Of a stretch of DNA of 60,210 bases, positions 1 to 7,711 are shown one piece after another (positions within the stretch are counted from its first letter, which is position 1; the number at the start of each line of letters is the position of its first letter). The stretch lies in NCBI GenBank assembly GCA_049967195.1, contig JBMFTE010000002.1:1-60210 (forward strand), given 5' to 3'. The stretch comes from Nitrososphaeria archaeon. Lineage in GTDB: Archaea > Thermoproteota > Nitrososphaeria > Conexivisphaerales > UBA164. The notes under the pieces are model-generated. The model was not told the origin of the DNA. It searched no databases and saw only the letters and a program-made list of their open reading frames with translations. A program made the position numbers and the translations under genes.

Positions 1-89
1 AAACACAGGTGGCGGGGGAGGAGAAATGGTATGGCTGATGTTGCCCATTATCTGACACTGTTTGAACCCAATTAATTTTTAGAAATTCC

Positions 90-140
90 CTATAATATAT
101 GCGATTTTTCACCGCTCCGTTCCCCATTACCAGCTTGCGG
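90..140 (+). repeat. Repeat A, copy 1 (exact 25-mer CTATAATATATGCGATTTTTCACCG at 90-114 plus weakly similar 26-nt tail)
   Basis: The same 25-mer occurs at 3491-3515. The tails 115-140 and 3516-3541 are equal in length, about half identical, and both end in TTGCGG. It lies 26 nt past the GT2 stop codon. Confidence 0.8.
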
Positions 141-165
141 TAACTGAGCCTGTTGGGGATGTCAC

Positions 166-1656
166 TCATGATATGATATATGCACTCTGCTTTGATTCAA
201 CGACTTTAAGGGCAAAATATATTCCCCCAGTAAGGAAAACCGCATGGAACGCTGCCCAAATGACATTGACAATTACCGCTTCACTGACCACCAATGATGG
301 TCCGGTAATAAGGAAAATGCCCCTTATTATTGATGCATAAAGCAATAACAGGAATGCTGCGTGCGCTATAATTTCCCTATATGAACGCCGCGCCCTTCTT
401 TTCGGAGTAACCTTAAATGGAACCCTTCTTCTGAACATCCAGGCAATAAATGAAAGCGTGACAGGCACAAATACTAAATATTCAACAAACTGGTGATACA
501 AGAACCCCTTTAACCCATACGACCTGTTCCTCATCATCGCTATATAGATAGATAGTGAGAACAGCACGAACGGGGCATAGCCCAAAATGTATATCGTCGG
601 GTTTAATTTCATTACCTGCATTCCAAACAAAAGAAACGCTATGGGCCCAATGAGCTGCATTATCGTAAGGGGCCCTGTTTCAACCCAGTAAAACCACCCA
701 GATATGTAATCGTAAAACGCGTCAAATCCAAGGTTCGAAAATAAAATGGTCCTGAGCAACTGGAATCCTCCCAGGGACCACCTTGACTGTTGTGTAAAGT
801 AAGCAGTTACATCGGTTGGCGGTTCGCCGTACCATATCAATTGCCTGTTAACATATTTTGATTTGTAGCCAAGCTCGTGTATTTTAACAGACGTTGCTAT
901 GTCCTCAGTTATTGTTGATTCATCTATATATCCTGCCTGTTTGAGCACAAATATCCTGTAAACTGTGCCTGAACCCAGCGAGAATGCCGATACGTTATCC
1001 CTGCCCTCCATCATAACTAGCAAGAATGGAACCTGCTGGAAATCTGATCCAACTGACAATTTTGTTTTCAGCTCAGTGTACTTCTGAGGCACTTGCACAA
1101 ACCCCACTGTCTGGTCGTTGAAGTAAGGCACAACTTCATCAAAGAAATCCTCTGTTGGCCTCTGATCAGCATCAAATATTGCTGTAAGGTCATAATCTGT
1201 TTCAATAGCTTTTAGAGCATCATTGATCGCCCCAGCCTTAAATCCTCGCCTGTTTGTCCTGTGCTTGTACTTTACACCAATGTCCCTGCAAAATTGGGAC
1301 AGCTCATTTGCAATGCTAGCATCAGTTGAATCGTCAAGGAGGAAAACATCTCCCCTTGCCCTTACTGCAGCTTTGACAGATCTTACCGTTCCCTTTACTA
1401 TTTCAGGATTTTCATTGTACGAAGTTACAAATGCGGCTATTTTCAACTTCAGGTCTTCGCCCACCAAATTCGTGCGATATTTGCTTGCCTTAAAGTATAG
1501 CAGCGTAAAATTTGCAAAATTGAATATGCCGAGGGTTATTGAAAGCCAGATAAAGTAAGTCAGCCATACCAGATAGACATTTTCCCGGGTAAAATATGTT
1601 ATTATTGTTGATACAATAAAGGGCAGCATAAAGTAGATCATGTTGGCTGGCTTCAA
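166..1656 (-). CDS. Integral-membrane family 2 glycosyltransferase of the processive (cellulose/chitin/hyaluronan synthase-like) type
   Basis: 496-aa ORF. Hydrophobic helices at both ends flank a GT-A domain carrying DDSTD, FDADQ (DxD), TED and QQSRW (QxxRW) motifs. Confidence 0.85.
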   Translation of the reverse strand: MKPANMIYFMLPFIVSTIITYFTRENVYLVWLTYFIWLSITLGIFNFANFTLLYFKASKYRTNLVGEDLKLKIAAFVTSYNENPEIVKGTVRSVKAAVRARGDVFLLDDSTDASIANELSQFCRDIGVKYKHRTNRRGFKAGAINDALKAIETDYDLTAIFDADQRPTEDFFDEVVPYFNDQTVGFVQVPQKYTELKTKLSVGSDFQQVPFLLVMMEGRDNVSAFSLGSGTVYRIFVLKQAGYIDESTITEDIATSVKIHELGYKSKYVNRQLIWYGEPPTDVTAYFTQQSRWSLGGFQLLRTILFSNLGFDAFYDYISGWFYWVETGPLTIMQLIGPIAFLLFGMQVMKLNPTIYILGYAPFVLFSLSIYIAMMRNRSYGLKGFLYHQFVEYLVFVPVTLSFIAWMFRRRVPFKVTPKRRARRSYREIIAHAAFLLLLYASIIRGIFLITGPSLVVSEAVIVNVIWAAFHAVFLTGGIYFALKVVESKQSAYIIS

Positions 1657-1691
1657 TGTTCATTATTATCTATACAGGGATTTAACCTTTT

Positions 1692-1892
1692 TACTGATCA
1701 TAAAAACACTGCTTTAAGCGGCGGATGCATGTTCCTGTTCTCAAAAATTATGCAGCGCTGAGAGCAGGAAAAGCATAAAGGAAAGGGCTTTGGGATGTGG
1801 AAGAACCATTTTGGAGCATCAGTTCCCATGCCTGGATACTTATTCTGCGCTAGTCAATGAAGCTACCAGTTTTAGCTGGGTATAGTGCACAT
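1692..1892 (-). repeat. Repeat B, copy 1 (about 200 nt; proximal 110 nt well conserved; embeds 11-codon micro-ORF 1741-1776 on minus strand)
   Basis: Aligns with 3731-3928. The first 30 nt TACTGATCATAAAAACACTGCTTTAAGCGG are identical, identity is roughly 85-90% by eye up to 1802, then similarity is patchy up to AGTGCACAT at 1892. The strand given is the orientation of the embedded micro-ORF. Confidence 0.85.
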
Positions 1893-1990
1893 TGTCCTCT
1901 AAACGTTAAACAAAAGCTACAAAGCACCAATATACTAACCTCTTTTTGCACCATAAAGATTTTTATAATTTAACCGAATATTGTATCATT

Positions 1991-3202
1991 ATGCAGCTTA
2001 AAATTATACCGGCCTTAAGTTACAGGCTGGTATACCCATTTGTCATGAGCCTCGCCGCAGAGCTGGGCGAGCAGAGAAAAACCATCACGGTAGTTGACTT
2101 TACAGAGGGCAGCGCAATAAGCAGCCAAATCCGCATTGCGGGGTTGTACAGTGAAATGGTAAGGAACAAGTCATTACTGTACTATATAAATTTGCCCATT
2201 AAAAGCTATGAGGAAATTAACACCATGGTTGAAATGACATATAAAAACCTCATGAATACAGATGTGAAGGTGGTCCTTTTCCCGAACAAATCAGAAATAA
2301 CATCCATCATGATTGCAGCGGAAACTGAAATTTACAAAAAATACTTTGGCGGAGAACCAGTAAACATTATCCTGATAGCCGGCATGGATATGGTCATAGC
2401 ATCTAATACTGCAGAAAGCCCTTTCATCGGGCTGGATCGTTCAAAAACATATGTTGCCTTGCTTTATGAAAAGTGGCAGGAAGACCTGATTCCAGCATAT
2501 GATGCAAAGGTAACTGAGCTTGTAAATAGCGGTGGATACAGGGGACATTCATATGTGCTCGTTGATCCAGCGGAGGTGCCAAGTTCCTTCACAAAAATCA
2601 AAAAATACAACGGTGTCTCAGAAATTATTGTGGAACTGTTCAAGCCAGCAGAAAAACTGGAAAAAGCGCAGGGCACGGAACAGCTTGACCTAGTTGTAAA
2701 GGAAAGTAACATCATTACATTAATCGGATCAGCTTTTTCAAAAAGAAATGAAATCTTAAAAGAGATAATTGATGGTACGGATCATACCACATTTATACTA
2801 AATGCCGGAAATTTGAACCCGCAGCCAGGTTCAAGGGAGCTGAAGCTGGCGCCAAGTTTTTCAGATGAAAGGTTTAAAGCCAAAAATATAGCTGATGTAA
2901 AGGGTATTTCGAAAAGGCTAGCTGAGGAGGTCATAAAAAACGCCAAGATCCAGGAAAATATACTGATTGTGGTTTATGAAACTGGAAATATAACCCCGGG
3001 TGTTGTGGGATTTGACCCCCGAACCGTAGCTCACGAATTCTGGGATAGCTTCATAACGCATCTAAAATATAATATTAAAGGGCTAAAGGTGGTTTTTGCA
3101 TGTGATCCCGCAATCGAGCACTGCGAAGCACTGGAATCACTGTCAGATGCTGTAGTGTCATGTGAAAACCAGCAGGAAATATCCATTAAAAAAAGGCAGT
3201 GA
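1991..3202 (+). CDS. Hypothetical protein (403 aa from ATG 1991; ORF opens at 1946)
   Basis: Long uninterrupted ORF with protein-like composition. ATG 1991 lies 19-30 nt downstream of the TATA-like TTTTATAATTTA (1961-1972). No catalytic motif recognised. Segments such as ILIVVYETG and SDAVVSCE vaguely recall P-loop-less RecA/KaiC-like domains (weak). Confidence 0.6.
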   Translation: MQLKIIPALSYRLVYPFVMSLAAELGEQRKTITVVDFTEGSAISSQIRIAGLYSEMVRNKSLLYYINLPIKSYEEINTMVEMTYKNLMNTDVKVVLFPNKSEITSIMIAAETEIYKKYFGGEPVNIILIAGMDMVIASNTAESPFIGLDRSKTYVALLYEKWQEDLIPAYDAKVTELVNSGGYRGHSYVLVDPAEVPSSFTKIKKYNGVSEIIVELFKPAEKLEKAQGTEQLDLVVKESNIITLIGSAFSKRNEILKEIIDGTDHTTFILNAGNLNPQPGSRELKLAPSFSDERFKAKNIADVKGISKRLAEEVIKNAKIQENILIVVYETGNITPGVVGFDPRTVAHEFWDSFITHLKYNIKGLKVVFACDPAIEHCEALESLSDAVVSCENQQEISIKKRQ

Positions 3203-3490
3203 TGAATTCAGCAGTAAATTTTTTGCCTGTTTAACATAAAATGGCTGTACATTCAACCAGCAAATTAAGCAATGCTAGATTGTGAGTGATTATTGGTTAT
3301 TCACTGACCATTAAAACCAATATATATTTTGTAATATGATAACCCTTTGCCAGGAAATTTGCTTGATGCAATAAACGCCTGGGCGGCATGTTTACGTTCA
3401 ACAGGCTCCTTCTTAATTAGCCCCTTCGGGCATGTTTGGTTTTGATAGCGTATTTAGCCAGCTCTCGTATTATAATGGTGCATGCCCATA

Positions 3491-3541
3491 CTATAATATA
3501 TGCGATTTTTCACCGATTAGCACCATAAATCAGGTTTGCGG
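3491..3541 (+). repeat. Repeat A, copy 2
   Basis: Exact 25-mer at 3491-3515 shared with 90-114. The weakly similar tail runs into the last 5 nt of the tRNA-Leu gene (3537-3541). Confidence 0.8.
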
Positions 3542-3621
3542 GGAGTGGGATTTGAACCCACGCACCCCAACGGGACGAGGTTCTGAGCCTCGCGCCATTG
3601 ACCAGTCTAGGCGACCCCCGC
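3537..3621 (-). tRNA. tRNA-Leu (anticodon CAG), class II with long variable arm, CCA not encoded
   Basis: The reverse complement GCGGGGGTCGCCTAGACTGGTCAATGGCGCGAGGCTCAGAACCTCGTCCCGTTGGGGTGCGTGGGTTCAAATCCCACTCCCCGCA folds as a cloverleaf. It has a 7-bp acceptor stem (one G-U), anticodon stem CGAGG/CCTCG with loop CTCAGAA, a 14-nt variable region and T-arm GTGGG-TTCAAAT-CCCAC. Confidence 0.93.
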
Positions 3622-3730
3622 ATCAATCAATCATAAAAAATATAGATTATTAAGCTTTAGCAGGGGATTACATGATGGCACTATCGTATTCACGTACATT
3701 ATTAGATGTATTACAGAAGCAAACATAGTA

Positions 3731-3928
3731 TACTGATCATAAAAACACTGCTTTAAGCGGTGGATGCATGTTCCTGTTATCAAAAATTATGCAATGATGA
3801 GAGCAGGAAAGGCACAAGAAAGGGCTTAGATGTGGAAAACATCCATGGGCCAAAGTTCAGCCGGAATACCCGCTGAGTATTCCGCACGAGCCGATGAAAA
3901 AGCATTTTTAACCGGGCGCAGTTCACAT
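3731..3928 (-). repeat. Repeat B, copy 2 (embeds micro-ORF 3780-3815 on minus strand, GTG start)
   Basis: See copy 1. Homology begins abruptly at TACTGATCAT (3731) and ends at CCGGGCGCAGTTCACAT (3912-3928). Confidence 0.85.
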
Positions 3929-3999
3929 GAAAGCTAGTAAGGAAAGATGCGGAAAAATATAAAAGCCAATGCGATTTAACACTATTGAGGTATTGTGAT

Positions 4000-6213
4000 A
4001 TGTCAGAATCGAACTCTGTTACTTTAAAGGTAATGGAGGCTTATACTAGGGATGTTGGCCGCGGTGTTGCTAGGGTTGATTATGAGGTTATGGATGTTCT
4101 AAACCTTCAGAGCGGTGACGTAATTGAAATTAAGGGTAAAAGGAAAACTGTGGCTAAGGTGTTGCCACTGTACCCAACTGACGAGGGAAGGGGAATAGTG
4201 AGGATAGATGGGCTGATAAGGAGCAATTCGGGTGTTGCAATTGGTGATAATGTATCAATAAGGAAGGTGAAAGCCGTGCCCTCTGAAAAGATAATAATTT
4301 CGCCGCTCGAAGACGTACCATACATTGATGAGAGGTACATAACTGACGCGCTTGAAGGGCTTCCGGTTGTCAAAGGTGACAACATTATTGTGCCATATTT
4401 TGGTGGCAGGATAACATTCAACGTTGTCCAAACTTCGCCAGCAAATGCTGAGGCTGTTATAATAAATCAGAAGACGGCAATTGAAAGAAGCGGAAAGGGG
4501 CAGGGGTTGAAGGGTGTGCCCAGGATAACATATGAAGATATAGGCGGCCTGAAGGACGAAATACAGAAGATAAGGGAGATGGTCGAGCTTCCGCTGAGGC
4601 ATCCAGAGCTGTTCGAAAGGCTTGGGATAGAGCCACCCAAGGGCGTTCTCCTTTATGGTCCGCCCGGCACGGGAAAAACGCTGCTTGCTAAGGCTGTTGC
4701 GAACGAAACCAACGCCACTTTCATACATATTTCCGGTCCTGAAATTATGAGCAAATTTTACGGAGAATCTGAAGCCAGGCTAAGGGAGAAGTTTCAAGAA
4801 GCGAAGGAGAAGGCGCCTTCAATCATATTTATAGATGAAATTGACGCAATAGCTCCCAAGAGGGACGAAGTTACTGGGGAGGTTGAAAGAAGGGTCGTAA
4901 GCCAGCTGCTGACCCTGATGGATGGGCTTGAAGCAAGGGGAAAGGTGATAGTAATTGGCGCTACAAATAGGCCAAATGCCATTGACCCAGCACTGAGAAG
5001 GCCTGGAAGATTTGACAGGGAAATTGAGCTAAAAGTTCCGGACAAGTCTGGCAGGCTGGAGATATTGCAGATACACACCAGAAATATGCCACTTGCTGAT
5101 GATGTTGAAATAGAAAGGCTTGCAGCACAGACCCATGGTTTTGTTGGCGCTGACCTTGAATATCTGTGTAAGGAGGCGGCAATGAAAGCTCTTAAGAGGG
5201 TTCTTCCAAAAATAAATTTGGAGGAGGAAAGGATTCCAGCTGAGATTCTTGGTGAGTTAAAGGTAAAAATGCAGGACTTTGTGGATGCGCTTAAGGAGAT
5301 AACCCCCTCTGCGATGAGGGAAGTTTACCTTGAAACACCGGAAGTAAAGTGGGAAGATATAGGAGGCCTTGAAGACGTTAAAAACGAACTCAAGGAAGCC
5401 GTTGAATGGCCGCTAAAGTTCCCTGATGTTTACAAGAGGCTCATTTATAGAATACCAAAGGGTCTTCTGATTTATGGCCAGCCAGGAACAGGAAAAACCA
5501 TGCTCGCAAAGGCTGTGGCCACGGAAAGCGAGGCCAATTTTATAAGCGTCAGGGGGCCGGAACTGCTTTCAAAATGGGTTGGTGAGTCAGAAAAGGCGGT
5601 AAGGGAGGTTTTCAGGAAAGCGCGGCAGGCTGCCCCATGCATAATATTCTTTGATGAGCTGGATGCTCTTGCACCGGTAAGGGGCATGGCGGCTGACAGC
5701 GGCGTCACGGAAAAGGTTGTTTCTCAGCTGCTTACAGAACTTGATGGGATAGAACCGCTTCACGGCGTAGTGGTAATAGGTTCTACAAACAGGATCGATA
5801 TGATAGACCCGGCACTGCTAAGAGCCGGCAGATTTGACAGGCTTATATATGTGCCAAAACCTGACAAAACGTCAAGGCTGGAAATACTTAAGATACATAC
5901 GAAGGATGTGCCTATATGTTCCTCAAGCAGTGTTGCGGAAGGGCTTTGCACTGTTGATGATCAAGTGAGTTTGGAGAGGATAGCAGATGAAACAGAGGAT
6001 TTCAGCGGCGCAGACCTTGAATCGGTTGTGAATACGGCAATATCCATAGTGTTGCAGGAATACTTAAGAAAGCACCAGACGCCAGAGGATGCAAAGAAGG
6101 GGCTTGACCGGGTTTACATAGGCCAGAAGCATTTTGAAGAAGCTATAAAGAAGGTCAGGGCTTCGAGGGAAGGTAAGACAATCGAAAAAGCTGCAGTACA
6201 ATATTACAGGTGA
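4000..6213 (+). CDS. vat: VAT/Cdc48-type double-ring AAA+ ATPase (proteasome-associated unfoldase)
   Basis: N-terminal double-psi-barrel-like domain followed by two AAA modules. Walker A motifs are GPPGTGKT and GQPGTGKT, Walker B motifs IIFIDEID and IIFFDELD. The C-terminus ...QYYR fits an HbYX-type tail. ATG 4000 is preferred over the TTG at 3985. Confidence 0.95.
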   Translation: MSESNSVTLKVMEAYTRDVGRGVARVDYEVMDVLNLQSGDVIEIKGKRKTVAKVLPLYPTDEGRGIVRIDGLIRSNSGVAIGDNVSIRKVKAVPSEKIIISPLEDVPYIDERYITDALEGLPVVKGDNIIVPYFGGRITFNVVQTSPANAEAVIINQKTAIERSGKGQGLKGVPRITYEDIGGLKDEIQKIREMVELPLRHPELFERLGIEPPKGVLLYGPPGTGKTLLAKAVANETNATFIHISGPEIMSKFYGESEARLREKFQEAKEKAPSIIFIDEIDAIAPKRDEVTGEVERRVVSQLLTLMDGLEARGKVIVIGATNRPNAIDPALRRPGRFDREIELKVPDKSGRLEILQIHTRNMPLADDVEIERLAAQTHGFVGADLEYLCKEAAMKALKRVLPKINLEEERIPAEILGELKVKMQDFVDALKEITPSAMREVYLETPEVKWEDIGGLEDVKNELKEAVEWPLKFPDVYKRLIYRIPKGLLIYGQPGTGKTMLAKAVATESEANFISVRGPELLSKWVGESEKAVREVFRKARQAAPCIIFFDELDALAPVRGMAADSGVTEKVVSQLLTELDGIEPLHGVVVIGSTNRIDMIDPALLRAGRFDRLIYVPKPDKTSRLEILKIHTKDVPICSSSSVAEGLCTVDDQVSLERIADETEDFSGADLESVVNTAISIVLQEYLRKHQTPEDAKKGLDRVYIGQKHFEEAIKKVRASREGKTIEKAAVQYYR

Positions 6214-6248
6214 ATTATGTGTGCTGTGCGCGTCCAGCCTTATCGATA

Positions 6249-6283
6249 AAGCGGAAAGTTTTAGCCGGGCGCAGTTCACATAA
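6249..6283 (+). repeat. Partial third copy of the distal end of repeat B
   Basis: Exact 17-mer CCGGGCGCAGTTCACAT at 6265-6281 equals 3912-3928. It is preceded by TTTTAG, versus TTTTAA in copy 2. Confidence 0.75.
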
Positions 6284-6289
6284 TTAAGA

Positions 6290-6320
6290 ATTTTCCATTG
6301 TGGAAAATAGCATTAATGCT
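6290..6320. promoter_or_regulatory. Hairpin ATTTTCCA-TTG-TGGAAAAT followed directly by the perfect 12-nt palindrome AGCATTAATGCT, between VAT and the Mo-hydroxylase operon
   Basis: Both inverted repeats read directly from the sequence. They lie about 70-100 nt upstream of the 6392 start and about 80 nt past the VAT stop. Function (operator or terminator) is not established. Confidence 0.35.
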
Positions 6321-6391
6321 AAATTATATTTCAGCAGTCAAAGGCGCATTTTTTAGGTAAATTTATAATATGCCTAACGTGAAAAATTAAT

Positions 6392-7252
6392 ATGCTTTAT
6401 CCTCCACCGATAAATTATGAAAGGCCTGAAAGCATGGGCAGGGCATTATCCTTGCTTAATGAACATCCAAGAACTCTCCTGATAGCAGGCGGTACCATTG
6501 GCGTGCTAAGCCTGAAAAAAAGGGCTGTAAGCCCAGACCTTGTGGTTGATATTGGAAGATTGCAAGAATTAAAGGGGATAAATTTCAGGGATGAGAAGTA
6601 CCGAATGGGTTCTGCTGTCAAAATCTACGAAATAGTAGAATCTGAATTTAACGGGCCGGGATTTTCACTCTTAAGGCAGGCAGCTTCCAGTGTTGGGGAT
6701 CCGTTGCTAAGGAATATGGGAACTGCCGGCGGTAACGTTTGTCTGGGAGACCCAAGCAATGACCTGCCCCCAGCCCTTCTTGTGCTTGGCGCGGAACTAA
6801 ACGTAGCCGGTCAGGGTGGAACGAGAAACATAAATATATCAGATTTTTATATTGCTCCTTTTAGGACTTCTTTGGCAAAAAATGAAATACTTGTTTCCAT
6901 AGACTTTGCTGAACCAGGGAAGGGGTACAGGTGGTTCTACTATAAGCATTACATACGGCACCTTGACCATTCGGTGGTTAACGTTGCGGCTCTTGGCCGG
7001 GTGGAAAACCACAGAGTTGAAGATTTAAGGATGGCCATCGGGGGCATGTCCGTGAGGGTTCCAACGCTTATTGAAACTTCATGGATAAAGGGAAGAGCTG
7101 CAGGTCGGGAAGAATTGACAAGAATTGTCAAATCAGCTTCAGAAAAGTGCCTGTGTTTGGACGACAGGCAAGGATCAGGTGAATATAAGAAGCGCGCGCT
7201 TGAAAAAATCTCCAAGATGGCATTTTTATCCGTAGTGGGGAATGGGCAATGA
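6392..7252 (+). CDS. coxM: Molybdenum hydroxylase family (CoxM/CutB-like) FAD-binding medium subunit
   Basis: 286 aa. Carries the LIAGGTIGV (AGGT) FAD motif. First gene of an M-S-L operon, with a 4-nt overlap to the next gene. Confidence 0.8.
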   Translation: MLYPPPINYERPESMGRALSLLNEHPRTLLIAGGTIGVLSLKKRAVSPDLVVDIGRLQELKGINFRDEKYRMGSAVKIYEIVESEFNGPGFSLLRQAASSVGDPLLRNMGTAGGNVCLGDPSNDLPPALLVLGAELNVAGQGGTRNINISDFYIAPFRTSLAKNEILVSIDFAEPGKGYRWFYYKHYIRHLDHSVVNVAALGRVENHRVEDLRMAIGGMSVRVPTLIETSWIKGRAAGREELTRIVKSASEKCLCLDDRQGSGEYKKRALEKISKMAFLSVVGNGQ

Positions 7253-7710
7253 AAATAAAACTCAACGTTAATGGCGAAGATTATGTAAGCGATGTGGAAC
7301 CAAGGCTGCTGCTGGTTGATTTCTTACGTGATACCGTTGGACTCACCGGCACCCATGTGGGGTGCGAAACAGGAAGCTGTGGTTCATGCACTGTGTTGCT
7401 TGATGGAAGGCCGGTTAAGTCATGCCTTATGCTTGCAGCCCAGGCAGACGGGTCAAGAATAATTACCATTGAAGGAATTTCAAATGGAGAAGGCATGAAC
7501 AAGGTTCAGAAATCGCTGTCAGAATCCAGGGCGCTCCAGTGCGGGTTTTGCGCGCCCGGGATCGTTGTTACTGCCACATGGTTTTTGGACAGAAACGAAA
7601 ATCCTGATGAAAGTGACATAAGGGAAGCGCTTTCCGGAAACATTTGCAGGTGCACGGGGTATCAGCCAGTTGTTGACGCAGTTCTCAACGCTTCAAAAAA
7701 GGTGAAATAA
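7249..7710 (+). CDS. coxS: Molybdenum hydroxylase family [2Fe-2S] small subunit (CoxS/CutC-like)
   Basis: 153 aa. Cys clusters CETGSCGSC, CGFCAPG and CRCTGY are typical of the two 2Fe-2S sites. Confidence 0.9.
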   Translation: MKIKLNVNGEDYVSDVEPRLLLVDFLRDTVGLTGTHVGCETGSCGSCTVLLDGRPVKSCLMLAAQADGSRIITIEGISNGEGMNKVQKSLSESRALQCGFCAPGIVVTATWFLDRNENPDESDIREALSGNICRCTGYQPVVDAVLNASKKVK

Positions 7711-7711
7711 A

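Noticed and set aside
115-140. Possible att-type duplication of the tRNA-Leu 3' end next to the GT2 gene
   Set aside because: Only the terminal TTGCGG (5 nt of the tRNA) is shared and the rest of the tail is about half identical. That is too little to call an attachment site, and no integrase is present. It is kept only as part of the duplicated-flank finding.
1752-1763. Tiny + strand ORFs ATG CAG CGC TGA (1750-1761) and ATG CAA TGA (3789-3797) inside repeat B, and the 21- and 35-codon ORFs starting ATGTGGAA at 1794 and 3830
   Set aside because: The two copies differ by indels that are not multiples of three, and their stops fall at different places. There is no sign of coding conservation on this strand, unlike the minus-strand micro-ORF.
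3432-3653. 73-aa + strand ORF from the track
   Set aside because: It runs straight through tRNA-Leu on the opposite strand and through repeat A. Its composition is not protein-like. The tRNA explains the region.
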